DNA of 32,000 nucleotides from Candidatus Woesearchaeota archaeon (lineage in GTDB: Archaea > Nanobdellota > Nanobdellia > Woesearchaeales > GW2011-AR9). The translations under genes were made by a program, and so were the position numbers. The notes beneath the pieces were generated by a model, which saw nothing but the letters and a program-made list of their open reading frames with translations, did not search any database and was not told where the DNA came from. Shown here piece after piece: positions 7,618-15,007 of this stretch. Position 1 is the stretch's first letter. Each line of letters opens with the position of its first letter. The DNA is taken from NCBI GenBank assembly GCA_016188115.1, contig JACPIK010000002.1, positions 599,847 through 631,846 on the forward strand. Direction: 5' to 3'.

Positions 7618-8784
7618 ATGATAGCTGCTGATCCCCTCCTGATCTATTTTGTAATAGGTTCACTAGTTGTACTAGGTGTTGGCCTAATTATGAGCTACTT
7701 CAAGCAACCAGTTGCTATTGCATACATTCTCGCAGGAATTCTCTTTGGACCATCCGTATTTAGCTTCTTTGGAAATAAAGATATGATTAGCAGTCTAGGA
7801 AATATTGGTGTCGTCATGCTTTTGTTTTTCATTGGCATGGAAATCTCACTGCCAAAACTCATCGCCAAATGGCGTATTGCCATTTTTGGGATTTTAGTGC
7901 AAGGGATCCTAAGTTTCGCCGCCATGTTTATGGTAGGGCTCTGGTTAGGCTGGCCAATTGGAGGAGTAGTACTAATGAGTTTTGTCATAGTAAATGGAAG
8001 TACTGCCATTCTCATTAAAATTTTACAAGACAAGAGACAAATAGATACAAAGCTAGGACAAAACCTCCTTGCAATCTTACTTGTTCAAGACATTGCCGTT
8101 GTGCCCATGATGATCATTCTTTCTTTTTTTAGCGAAGATAAAGTCAGTGCAACCACTGTCCTACTCCAAATCATCGGAGCAGCCATCCTCTTTTCCATTT
8201 TATATTATACATTCACAAAGGGTAGTATTCGCCTTCCTTTTACTTCCCATATCAAAGGCAACCATGAAATCCAAGTTTTTGGCGCATTTGTATTATGTTT
8301 TGGTCTAGCCACAATTAGTAGCCTCTTTAATCTCTCCGCAGGTATTGGTGCATTTATCGCAGGAATTCTCGTATCCTATGCTAAAGAAACACCGTGGGTC
8401 AAAGATAGCCTTGAATCATTTCGTATTGTGTTCGTTGCACTCTTTTTCGTTTCTATTGGTATGCTTATTAACATTGACTTTCTCAAACAAAACGTGGGTC
8501 TCATCATGCTCTTAGTAGCAATCGTTTTCATTCTTAACACATTCATCAACGCTGGCTTCTTTCGACTCTTGGGAGACAGCTGGCGTGAAAGTTTGTATTC
8601 CGGTGCACTTCTCTCCCACATTGGCGAATTTAGTTTCGTCTTAAGTGCCGTGGGATTACATTCCGGTATTATCACCCAATTTGGTCATGAATTAACCGTT
8701 TCAATTATCGCCGGCACCATGTTACTTGGACCTATCTGGGTGCATTTCTTTGAGAAATTGTTATTGACAAGGATTAAGATTTGA
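7618..8784 (+). CDS. cation:proton antiporter (CPA2/Kef-type) without an RCK domain
   Basis: About 11-12 predicted TM helices. N-terminal KQPVAIAYILAGILFGPSV is typical of Kef/CPA2 transporters. Confidence 0.8.
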   Translation: MIAADPLLIYFVIGSLVVLGVGLIMSYFKQPVAIAYILAGILFGPSVFSFFGNKDMISSLGNIGVVMLLFFIGMEISLPKLIAKWRIAIFGILVQGILSFAAMFMVGLWLGWPIGGVVLMSFVIVNGSTAILIKILQDKRQIDTKLGQNLLAILLVQDIAVVPMMIILSFFSEDKVSATTVLLQIIGAAILFSILYYTFTKGSIRLPFTSHIKGNHEIQVFGAFVLCFGLATISSLFNLSAGIGAFIAGILVSYAKETPWVKDSLESFRIVFVALFFVSIGMLINIDFLKQNVGLIMLLVAIVFILNTFINAGFFRLLGDSWRESLYSGALLSHIGEFSFVLSAVGLHSGIITQFGHELTVSIIAGTMLLGPIWVHFFEKLLLTRIKI

Positions 8785-8857
8785 GTTTATTATTGGAGTT
8801 ATATCAAGTAGCCCTACATCGAAAAAGTATAAATAAAAGATCAACCACACAGATTCC

Positions 8858-9172
8858 ATGCCTAAAAAAGAACTCGCCACAGGCGTAGTCCATGAAGTTC
8901 CCGCTGACATGCGAAAAGCACTAACTTCATCTTCAGAAATACAAGACGCCTGGAATGATCTTACCCCGCTTGCCCGCAACGAATGGATTTGTTGGGTTAC
9001 ATCAGTCCAGAAACAGGAAACACACAAAGAGCATATCGATAGATTACGTGAAGATCTTCTCAAAGGCAAGCGTCGGCCATGCTGCTGGATGGGCTGTGTT
9101 CACCGAAAGGATAAATCAATAAGTCCCTCACAGAGATTCATACTTGGGAGAAAAACTAAATCTAATAATTGA
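8858..9172 (+). CDS. YdeI/OmdA-family (DUF1801-related) small protein
   Basis: VPADMRKAL...AWNDLTPLARNEWICWVTSVQKQETHKEHIDRLREDLLKGKRRPCCW fits the YdeI C-terminal pattern. Confidence 0.6.
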   Translation: MPKKELATGVVHEVPADMRKALTSSSEIQDAWNDLTPLARNEWICWVTSVQKQETHKEHIDRLREDLLKGKRRPCCWMGCVHRKDKSISPSQRFILGRKTKSNN

Positions 9173-9232
9173 GATATTCTCTAAAACCTAAGTACCTTTG
9201 TCAAGAAAAATGAGAAACTCTTATTTGCGTAA

Positions 9233-9310
9233 CAAAAACTCACCTGCTTGGAGCTATCCACGGACTAAAGTCCGTGGCTTTACGCCCCTCGCTACAATGA
9301 TGAGTTTTTG
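9233..9310 (+). other. 78-nt stem-enclosed structured element of unknown function
   Basis: A 10-bp outer stem (CAAAAACTCA 9233-9242 with TGAGTTTTTG 9301-9310) encloses a GC-rich 8-bp hairpin (CCACGGAC-TAAA-GTCCGTGG, 9258-9277). It lies in a convergent intergenic region and ends in T5. Confidence 0.3.
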
Positions 9311-9314
9311 GAAC

Positions 9315-9380
9315 AGAAAATCAGCGCTAAATTGCGATTCATCCTCGATCTAAAGATCGAGGCTTTCTCGCTGATTTTCT
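9315..9380. terminator. long imperfect hairpin spanning the stop codon of the DUF2200 gene
   Basis: A 12-bp outer inverted repeat (AGAAAATCAGCG 9315-9326 with CGCTGATTTTCT 9369-9380) flanks an inner hairpin (CCTCGATC-TAAA-GATCGAGG, 9343-9362). Confidence 0.35.
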
Positions 9381-9739
9381 TGTAAGATATTCTCCATGGC
9401 TTTACCCTTTGCTAACTCATCGATTAACTTATCCAAGTAGCGAATTTCTCGCATAGTTGACTCTTCAATGTCTTCGATTCGAACTCCGCAAATCACCCCT
9501 TTGATCGCAACTCGTGAAGGATTAAGATGAGGAGCTTGAGCAATAAACATCTCAAAATTGATCTTTTTTTCAAGTTGGACCTCTAGTTCTTTTTGACTGT
9601 ACCCCGTCAACCAACGAATAATTTCATCGACTTCTATCTTTGTGCGTCCTTTTTTCTGAGCCTTAGCGACATAAAGCGGATAAACACTGGCAAAACTGAT
9701 TATATAAATTCGAGGCTTCTCCTTTTCTTTGTTATGCAT
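9350..9739 (-). CDS. DUF2200 domain protein
   Basis: [43 protein letters not shown]...[21 protein letters not shown] matches the DUF2200 family pattern as I remember it. Own TATA lies about 28 nt upstream. Confidence 0.7.
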   Translation of the reverse strand: MHNKEKEKPRIYIISFASVYPLYVAKAQKKGRTKIEVDEIIRWLTGYSQKELEVQLEKKINFEMFIAQAPHLNPSRVAIKGVICGVRIEDIEESTMREIRYLDKLIDELAKGKAMENILQENQRESLDL

Positions 9740-9791
9740 ACAAAAAAACTACTCATAAAAACTTATTAAATTTTTCTTATGTAGAAACACC

Positions 9792-10394
9792 CTAAAGTTC
9801 CTGCAAGACCGTAAACATCTCATCTGCCCTGACCGGATCTTCTTGTTTAATCAAATTATGAAATGCCCGTGCCATGGTAATACTAGATGGACAACGTGAG
9901 CTGCATGGAAAATGAGATAACAGCACACAGTCAGAAGACCTTTTCGACAAATTCGTCCAAGGGTTAAGTGCTGCATGTTGCGGATTAGGATTTTTAGCAG
10001 AAAAGCTTGCACAGAAAAACTCCACACAACATTCCGGATACCCCAACAAAAGACCAAGTTGTTTTTGATCGTTCATCAATTCATAATACGAAGCAAGATA
10101 CGCTTTCTCATCATCTTTGGAGATATAAACAAAATACATCCCATCACGAGAATCCTCAGCAGGAACACGAACCCCTTTATTTGAATACGCTTGTGCATCA
10201 GCAAGAAGCACTTTAAATGTTGACTTAACCAAAGTTAATTTATGAGCTGCACAAAAATCTTCTACTCTCTCAAGTTGTTCTTCATAAAAACCATGCCGCA
10301 CAACCTCTTTGACATCTTTGAGAAGAAATAAAATCTCCTGCGCTTTAGAATAGGACCCAAACGTACGAGTCAAGTCATACAATAACGAAGGCAT
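9792..10394 (-). CDS. hypothetical protein with a conserved-looking Cys cluster
   Basis: 200-aa ORF with motifs LLGYPECCVEFFCASF and SHFPCSSRCPSS. TATA-like ACTATAAATA lies about 27 nt upstream of the ATG at 10394. Confidence 0.6.
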   Translation of the reverse strand: MPSLLYDLTRTFGSYSKAQEILFLLKDVKEVVRHGFYEEQLERVEDFCAAHKLTLVKSTFKVLLADAQAYSNKGVRVPAEDSRDGMYFVYISKDDEKAYLASYYELMNDQKQLGLLLGYPECCVEFFCASFSAKNPNPQHAALNPWTNLSKRSSDCVLLSHFPCSSRCPSSITMARAFHNLIKQEDPVRADEMFTVLQEL

Positions 10395-10542
10395 ACGACC
10401 AAAAAGAATGAGGTGATATTTATAGTTATATGGTGTTGAGCAGAGACAGAATATTTGACTCCTAAATCGAAAAGTAAACGATAACTACTTTCTAGGGACT
10501 AAATAAGCAAAATTTATAAAAAACATAATAGAATTTGAAAAC

Positions 10543-11265
10543 ATGCTTGAAAAAATCTTGAGTGCAACAATAATTAGCACAGTAATGGCTTGTTCTAGCG
10601 CAAACACAGTCGATTCATTTCGATCATCAATAGCGCAAAAAGTAGTTGATGGCTCACAAGACAAAAGAACAGTGTTAATAGGAGAATTTCATTATATCAC
10701 AGAAGATAATATTATTTTCCGTAAAAATATCTTACCTGCGCTTGCAAAAGAAGGATACACACATTTAGTATTAGAAGTTGATTCAGCGTTACAACCTTTA
10801 GCAGATACGTTACCGCAATCCATTCCAGAACTACAAAAAGCTGTTGCAAGATATTCTGACCCAAGTCAACTAATAGAAACAATTCAAGAAGCCCATAAAT
10901 TAGGATATCAAGTTCACTTTGTAGATGATTTTAGCTACCAAAAAAGAGGAGACCATACTGGTCGCAATAAACAAATCGCAGAAAATATCCATCAAAGAAT
11001 TTATTCTCACAACCCATTAGCAAAGATAGTAGGGTTTTTGGGTGCTGCACATGTGCCCACAAAACCATTCTGGCGACCTGATGTAAATACTGTTTTACCG
11101 TTAGGATATTTCATCTCACAAGCAAGAGGAGAAGAACCTTACACCATGGCAATTCTACCAGAGTATAAAGTACCACAGTATAACGAATTTGAAGGAAAAG
11201 ATCAATCAGTAGAAATAATTTCATTGACTAGTTCTTATCTACGTGTTGCTCAAGATCAAAAATAA
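10543..11265 (+). CDS. putative lipoprotein of the ChaN/Tiki-like superfamily
   Basis: Lipobox-like signal ...TVMAC|SS. VLIGEFHY...LVLEV...Q and later IVGFLGAAHV resemble the GExH/GxxH motifs of ChaN, TraB and erythromycin-esterase-like proteins. TATA lies 30 nt upstream. Confidence 0.5.
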   Translation: MLEKILSATIISTVMACSSANTVDSFRSSIAQKVVDGSQDKRTVLIGEFHYITEDNIIFRKNILPALAKEGYTHLVLEVDSALQPLADTLPQSIPELQKAVARYSDPSQLIETIQEAHKLGYQVHFVDDFSYQKRGDHTGRNKQIAENIHQRIYSHNPLAKIVGFLGAAHVPTKPFWRPDVNTVLPLGYFISQARGEEPYTMAILPEYKVPQYNEFEGKDQSVEIISLTSSYLRVAQDQK

Positions 11266-11272
11266 TAAGAGA

Positions 11273-12142
11273 TTACGCAATCAAAATCCCCAACCCATCT
11301 TCGATGATCTCTTCATACACACCCCATGCATTCTTCCCTGATTTTATTCCACGTAAAACTATTTCAAAGCCTTTATCATGCACACCATTAAGAGCAGGTA
11401 ACTCTGTCACCAACGCATTACCCAAACCAGCAATATTGAATTCTTTAATCACATCCATCCAAGCAAATGAGAAAGCATAGGCTTTGGCTTCTTCAACTGC
11501 TTTATCTTTCAACGAATGACTCAACACATGTCCGATTTCATGTCCCACCGTTAACAACACCCTACCTAACGAGCCTTCCAGTACAAAAATTTCCGACACC
11601 ATCCCACTTTTATGACGATTAAACGACAAACCAATTACTCCTTTGTGAGGAGCTAGTTTTCGAAACTCTGTCTCATCACAAACCGTCAAACGAATGTCTG
11701 TAGGAAAAGGCGTTTCCATCAGATTCTCAAACGCCTCTTCCACAAAAGAACGAATCTCTTGTGCGTTTCCTACAAAACCACCCTCTTTTCCCCTCTCTAA
11801 AAACTGTTCAGGTTGAAAATGATATTCATTGTGTGGCGTGAATAATTCATAGTGAGTTTTTGTAGATGCGGAATATGAACTCTCAGAGCAAGAAGCAGCA
11901 GCCATATTGTACCGCACAGACGGTTCAGACGAATGAGATAATTCTTTCATAGAGATTGGCGACATAGGCATGATGCGAGGAAAATGTACATAGCTGCCCG
12001 CATGATCACCAGATACCAGAGCAGACGCAGAATAAGCAATTCTCTCCAACCCAGACGATCCACCAGTAGGAGAATGAGATAACGCAGAGAAGTATCTAGA
12101 CGACGAATGTGACCCACCATAGCTACTGCGACAACCGTACAT
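11273..12142 (-). CDS. putative zinc metalloprotease (HExxH) with a Ser-rich low-complexity N-terminal region
   Basis: LLTVGHEIGHVLSH motif in the C-terminal half. The first roughly 100 aa are S/G/A/Y-rich. The ATG at 12142 is preferred (TATA about 30 nt upstream) over the TTG at 12151. Confidence 0.6.
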   Translation of the reverse strand: MYGCRSSYGGSHSSSRYFSALSHSPTGGSSGLERIAYSASALVSGDHAGSYVHFPRIMPMSPISMKELSHSSEPSVRYNMAAASCSESSYSASTKTHYELFTPHNEYHFQPEQFLERGKEGGFVGNAQEIRSFVEEAFENLMETPFPTDIRLTVCDETEFRKLAPHKGVIGLSFNRHKSGMVSEIFVLEGSLGRVLLTVGHEIGHVLSHSLKDKAVEEAKAYAFSFAWMDVIKEFNIAGLGNALVTELPALNGVHDKGFEIVLRGIKSGKNAWGVYEEIIEDGLGILIA

Positions 12143-12264
12143 AGTAATCAAAGAATAAGACGTTAAAGAATATTAATCTTATGAGAAAAGTGCGACATAA
12201 AAGTCAGAAAACTGAGAGATTAGTCATTGATAGATTTTAAAAATACATCAAAAAGAGAATAAGC

Positions 12265-12657
12265 ATGAGATTAACCCTAGAAATAGTCTATCGTGCATTA
12301 AATTACCATGAATGGAGAATAGGTAAAGAAATAAAGTATGAAATTGCATTTAATCACGGATTATCTACTACAGCACGAGGCGATGACAATAGGATCCAAG
12401 AGTATCTTAGTCAACACTTCCCCGAGATAGACATCCAGATTTCTTTTTTCTTCTTACCATTACTCATTGCCCAAGACCTCGCTCAATCCAGAATCAGACC
12501 CCCCACCTCAGAAGAAGTTGAAAGATACACACAAAGAGGATTGGATAAAAGATCTGGTTTATGGAAGGGGAGAAACGAATATCTCAAAAAACCCAATGGA
12601 AGAATTGCACCACAAAGACAGAGACTTTCTGGATTAGAATCGTTAGTACCTGCATAA
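12265..12657 (+). CDS. hypothetical protein
   Basis: 130-aa ORF with TATA-like GATTTTAAAAATA about 28 nt upstream. I recognise no motifs. Confidence 0.5.
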   Translation: MRLTLEIVYRALNYHEWRIGKEIKYEIAFNHGLSTTARGDDNRIQEYLSQHFPEIDIQISFFFLPLLIAQDLAQSRIRPPTSEEVERYTQRGLDKRSGLWKGRNEYLKKPNGRIAPQRQRLSGLESLVPA

Positions 12658-12698
12658 AATGATTAAAATCACAACAAGAAAATTTTAATTCTTTAAGA

Positions 12699-13100
12699 TC
12701 ACATTGATTTCTTAATCGCAGCAACCAAATTATCCATATAATCTTTAATGGCATCAAAGCTTTCTACTTTCAGAATCTGGGAAGCCATGCCTTCGACCAT
12801 CAATGGCAATTTGGATTGACCTGTTGTCAAAATCAATACACGACGTTTCATACCACAAGCATAACCTATCTCAGCACCACAATTTGCCGTAAACCCATCA
12901 GCAACAGCAACAACTATTTTACAACCCTGCAACGCCTGCATATCCGCTGTTTGCACCTGCAAACGCATATTAAATTGATTAGCATCGCGTTGAGCTAAAT
13001 GACATGAAAGACCCTTCGCTTCCAGAGCCCGACTTAAACGAGGAGCAAATTGACGCGACCAATCAGTCGTATTTGCCACAGAGAGATATACATCAGCCAT
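12699..13100 (-). CDS. nucleoside 2-deoxyribosyltransferase-like protein
   Basis: VYLS...KIVVAVADGFTANCGAEIGYACGMKRRVLILT resembles the D-G-x-x-E-x-G-x-A core of PF05014-type proteins. The ATG at 13100 has TTTTTAAAT about 25 nt upstream. Confidence 0.5.
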   Translation of the reverse strand: MADVYLSVANTTDWSRQFAPRLSRALEAKGLSCHLAQRDANQFNMRLQVQTADMQALQGCKIVVAVADGFTANCGAEIGYACGMKRRVLILTTGQSKLPLMVEGMASQILKVESFDAIKDYMDNLVAAIKKSM

Positions 13101-13155
13101 AATAGAAAACAAGCTTACCCGATTTAAAAATCTTCACTGTCACGAATCAGTCTCG

Positions 13156-13170
13156 AAAAAAGCAAAAAAA
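13156..13170 (-). terminator. double oligo-T tract (T7 and T6 on the minus strand)
   Basis: The minus strand reads ATGTTTTTTTGCTTTTTTCG, an archaeal-style oligo-T termination signal upstream of the next promoter. Confidence 0.45.
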
Positions 13171-13257
13171 CATTCTCGCCCTCAGGTCTTGTAGATATTC
13201 CATGATGGAAGTACTCAGGAGTTCTTCATTGGGTCTCGAGGTTTGTAAATAATCAGT

Positions 13258-13262
13258 AAAAA
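13258..13262 (-). terminator. T5 tract immediately after tRNA-Arg
   Basis: On the minus strand the discriminator G is followed by TGTTTTT. Confidence 0.5.
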
Positions 13263-13264
13263 CA

Positions 13265-13433
13265 CGAGCCAGGGAGGACGTTCCCAATCTCTTGTTTCCA
13301 AAAGATTGTTTTGAACCCCCGAAGACAAGCTTACTTCTTCTCAAAAAGAGAATAGGAGGCTTGTGCCCTATGTACCCTTCAACTTTGACAATTTAGTTTG
13401 CCTAAAATGTTGTCCAGGCTAGGCGACTGGCTC
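13265..13433 (-). tRNA. tRNA-Arg (anticodon CCU) interrupted by three insertions or introns
   Basis: Minus strand: GAGCCAG-TC-GCCT-AGCCTGGACA-[~42 nt, 13369-13410, boundaries uncertain]-GGGC-A-CAAGC-CTCCTA-[21 nt, 13332-13352]-A-GCTTG-TCTTC-GGGGG-TTCAAA-[31 nt, 13279-13309]-T-CCTCC-CTGGCTC-G. All stems pair. U8, A14, G18G19, U33, A37, G53-C61 and the TTCAAAT loop are present. 75 nt of exon plus 94 nt of insertion equals 169 nt. Promoter and oligo-T terminator flank the gene. Confidence 0.7.
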
Positions 13434-13454
13434 GCAATAACACAAAACACTACG

Positions 13455-13466
13455 TATTTTTTAAAA
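13455..13466 (-). promoter_or_regulatory. TATA-like box for tRNA-Arg
   Basis: The minus strand reads TTTTAAAAAATA, centred about 27 nt upstream of the tRNA 5' end at 13433. Confidence 0.5.
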
Positions 13467-13484
13467 CCTTGTAAAAGAGAAAAT

Positions 13485-14960
13485 TTATCCCAAAAATCGT
13501 CTTATTCTTCCTGCTGCCAAAATCCCTTCATGTAATCCTGCATGATCATTCTTCTTAACGCAAGTCAAAATCCGATTTGACATCGCAGCATGTTCTTCAT
13601 TAACTTCATAATCAAAGAGAGTAAGCGCTTTTTTGACTGCTTTCTGAATCGGTTGAGGAAAATAAGACAAGTTATCTTTATTATAATATTGCAATGCGGT
13701 TTTGATATCATTATCTACATTATGATACGACTCACGCATCCGATCCAAATCTTTTCCTGATAATATTGAAACACCTAAAATGTCAGGTGGCAATCCCAGA
13801 GAATACAGCGAAGCGCAAAACGGAATTGCTCGAGGTAACGACGCACCATTTCCACGAGCATACCCAAACAACCCAATATGTAATTTACGTTTTCGCCGCT
13901 GTGGAATATGCACACTCATTTGATGAATCGTAGGAACAAGTAATTTGACTTGTTTTTGATACTCTGCTTCTAATTTTTCAATATACGGCAACGCCATTTT
14001 CTCATCTATTGGCATAGGAGCTGTGCGTGGAGCAGATTTGATCATATCAACAGCATTCGCTACATCACGCGCATCATAATCATATTTGAACGCAGACTGC
14101 ACAGTAAAGGTCTGCATACTTGGATACCCTGCAACCATCTTATGAGCATTAAGCGGTGTAAAATTTCCACGAAATGGCGCCGAGCCACAACCCAAAATCG
14201 GAAGAATTTCCACAGATGTTTTTCTTTCCAACTCTGCGAGTCGCTGCAAACCGATCTTAACCGAGAGAACTGTTGCAGTTGAGCCATAGGTAAGTGCAGG
14301 ATCACTACGTGCAAACCACACCCGTTGTTGCTCTTTGATTTTTTCGTGTTTCATGTATTTTTCAACATAACTATGCGCATTGAGAATTGCTTCTTTCGTT
14401 TCAAACAAAGGAGTCACTCGTATATCAGTAGGATGAAGAGGACCAACCCATTCTTTAAGAGTAATATCGTCATCATACAATTTACGGTCTTGACTTTTAA
14501 TCACAAATTGTTTGTAATATTCATGTATCCGAATTAGACTTTTCTCAGATGAACACATAGGCAATACTGCTTCAAAAACAGGTGCAATAGGTTTACCGTA
14601 AAACAAATTTCCTAAATCAAAATTACGTGGCAACGAGTGGAGAGATTCAAGTAAAATTTTCCCATCATTCTTCTCTACATCAGGATTAGGTACACGAAAC
14701 GTCAAAAATTTATCTTGACCCAGCACATTCTTGCGAAAATAATCTTCATAGCGAGAAAGTAACTTCTTAACTACAAACGCATCTACTTCTTTACCTTCTG
14801 CGTCCCAAAGTTGTTCATCAACACCTAAATTAGAAAATGAGTAATAGGCTTCTTTGACTTCATCCTCGCCTTCCATAACTGACTTTTCTGAAAAGAAAGG
14901 AATTGTCACATTATCAGGGTGTTGCGTCGACATCACCCGAGGAATTTTCATCACCGTCAT
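13485..14960 (-). CDS. ppcA: archaeal-type phosphoenolpyruvate carboxylase
   Basis: N-terminus MKIPRVMSTQHPDNV and a length of about 490 aa are characteristic of archaeal PepcA. The start could be 14963 (TTG), 14960 (ATG) or 14951 (ATG). Confidence 0.85.
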   Translation of the reverse strand: MTVMKIPRVMSTQHPDNVTIPFFSEKSVMEGEDEVKEAYYSFSNLGVDEQLWDAEGKEVDAFVVKKLLSRYEDYFRKNVLGQDKFLTFRVPNPDVEKNDGKILLESLHSLPRNFDLGNLFYGKPIAPVFEAVLPMCSSEKSLIRIHEYYKQFVIKSQDRKLYDDDITLKEWVGPLHPTDIRVTPLFETKEAILNAHSYVEKYMKHEKIKEQQRVWFARSDPALTYGSTATVLSVKIGLQRLAELERKTSVEILPILGCGSAPFRGNFTPLNAHKMVAGYPSMQTFTVQSAFKYDYDARDVANAVDMIKSAPRTAPMPIDEKMALPYIEKLEAEYQKQVKLLVPTIHQMSVHIPQRRKRKLHIGLFGYARGNGASLPRAIPFCASLYSLGLPPDILGVSILSGKDLDRMRESYHNVDNDIKTALQYYNKDNLSYFPQPIQKAVKKALTLFDYEVNEEHAAMSNRILTCVKKNDHAGLHEGILAAGRIRRFLG

Positions 14961-15007
14961 CAAAGTATATGAAAGAAAAATGGAATTAATAAAGGTATCT
15001 TTTGGTG

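Noticed and set aside
9297-9374. C/D-box sRNA starting at the perfect C box ATGATGA (9297-9303) and ending at CTGA (9371-9374)
   Set aside because: No D' or C' boxes occur at the required spacing of about 12 nt. There is no terminal stem, the 78-nt length is long for archaeal C/D RNAs, and the 3' part overlaps the DUF2200 coding end on the other strand.
13147-13344. 65-aa minus-strand ORF (TTG start) in the large spacer
   Set aside because: It overlaps the 3' half of the tRNA-Arg gene and runs through two oligo-T terminators. It has a TTG start, a basic low-complexity composition and no motifs. The tRNA explains the sequence better.
13131-13484. SRP (7S) RNA or RNase P RNA hypothesis for the GC-rich spacer
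   Set aside because: The hairpin with a GGAAAC loop lacks the universally conserved SRP helix-8 loop nucleotides (AGG.../...AGCA). No RNase P CR-I (GAGGAAAGUCC) or CR-V motif is present. The long-range 8-bp pairing turned out to be a tRNA acceptor stem.
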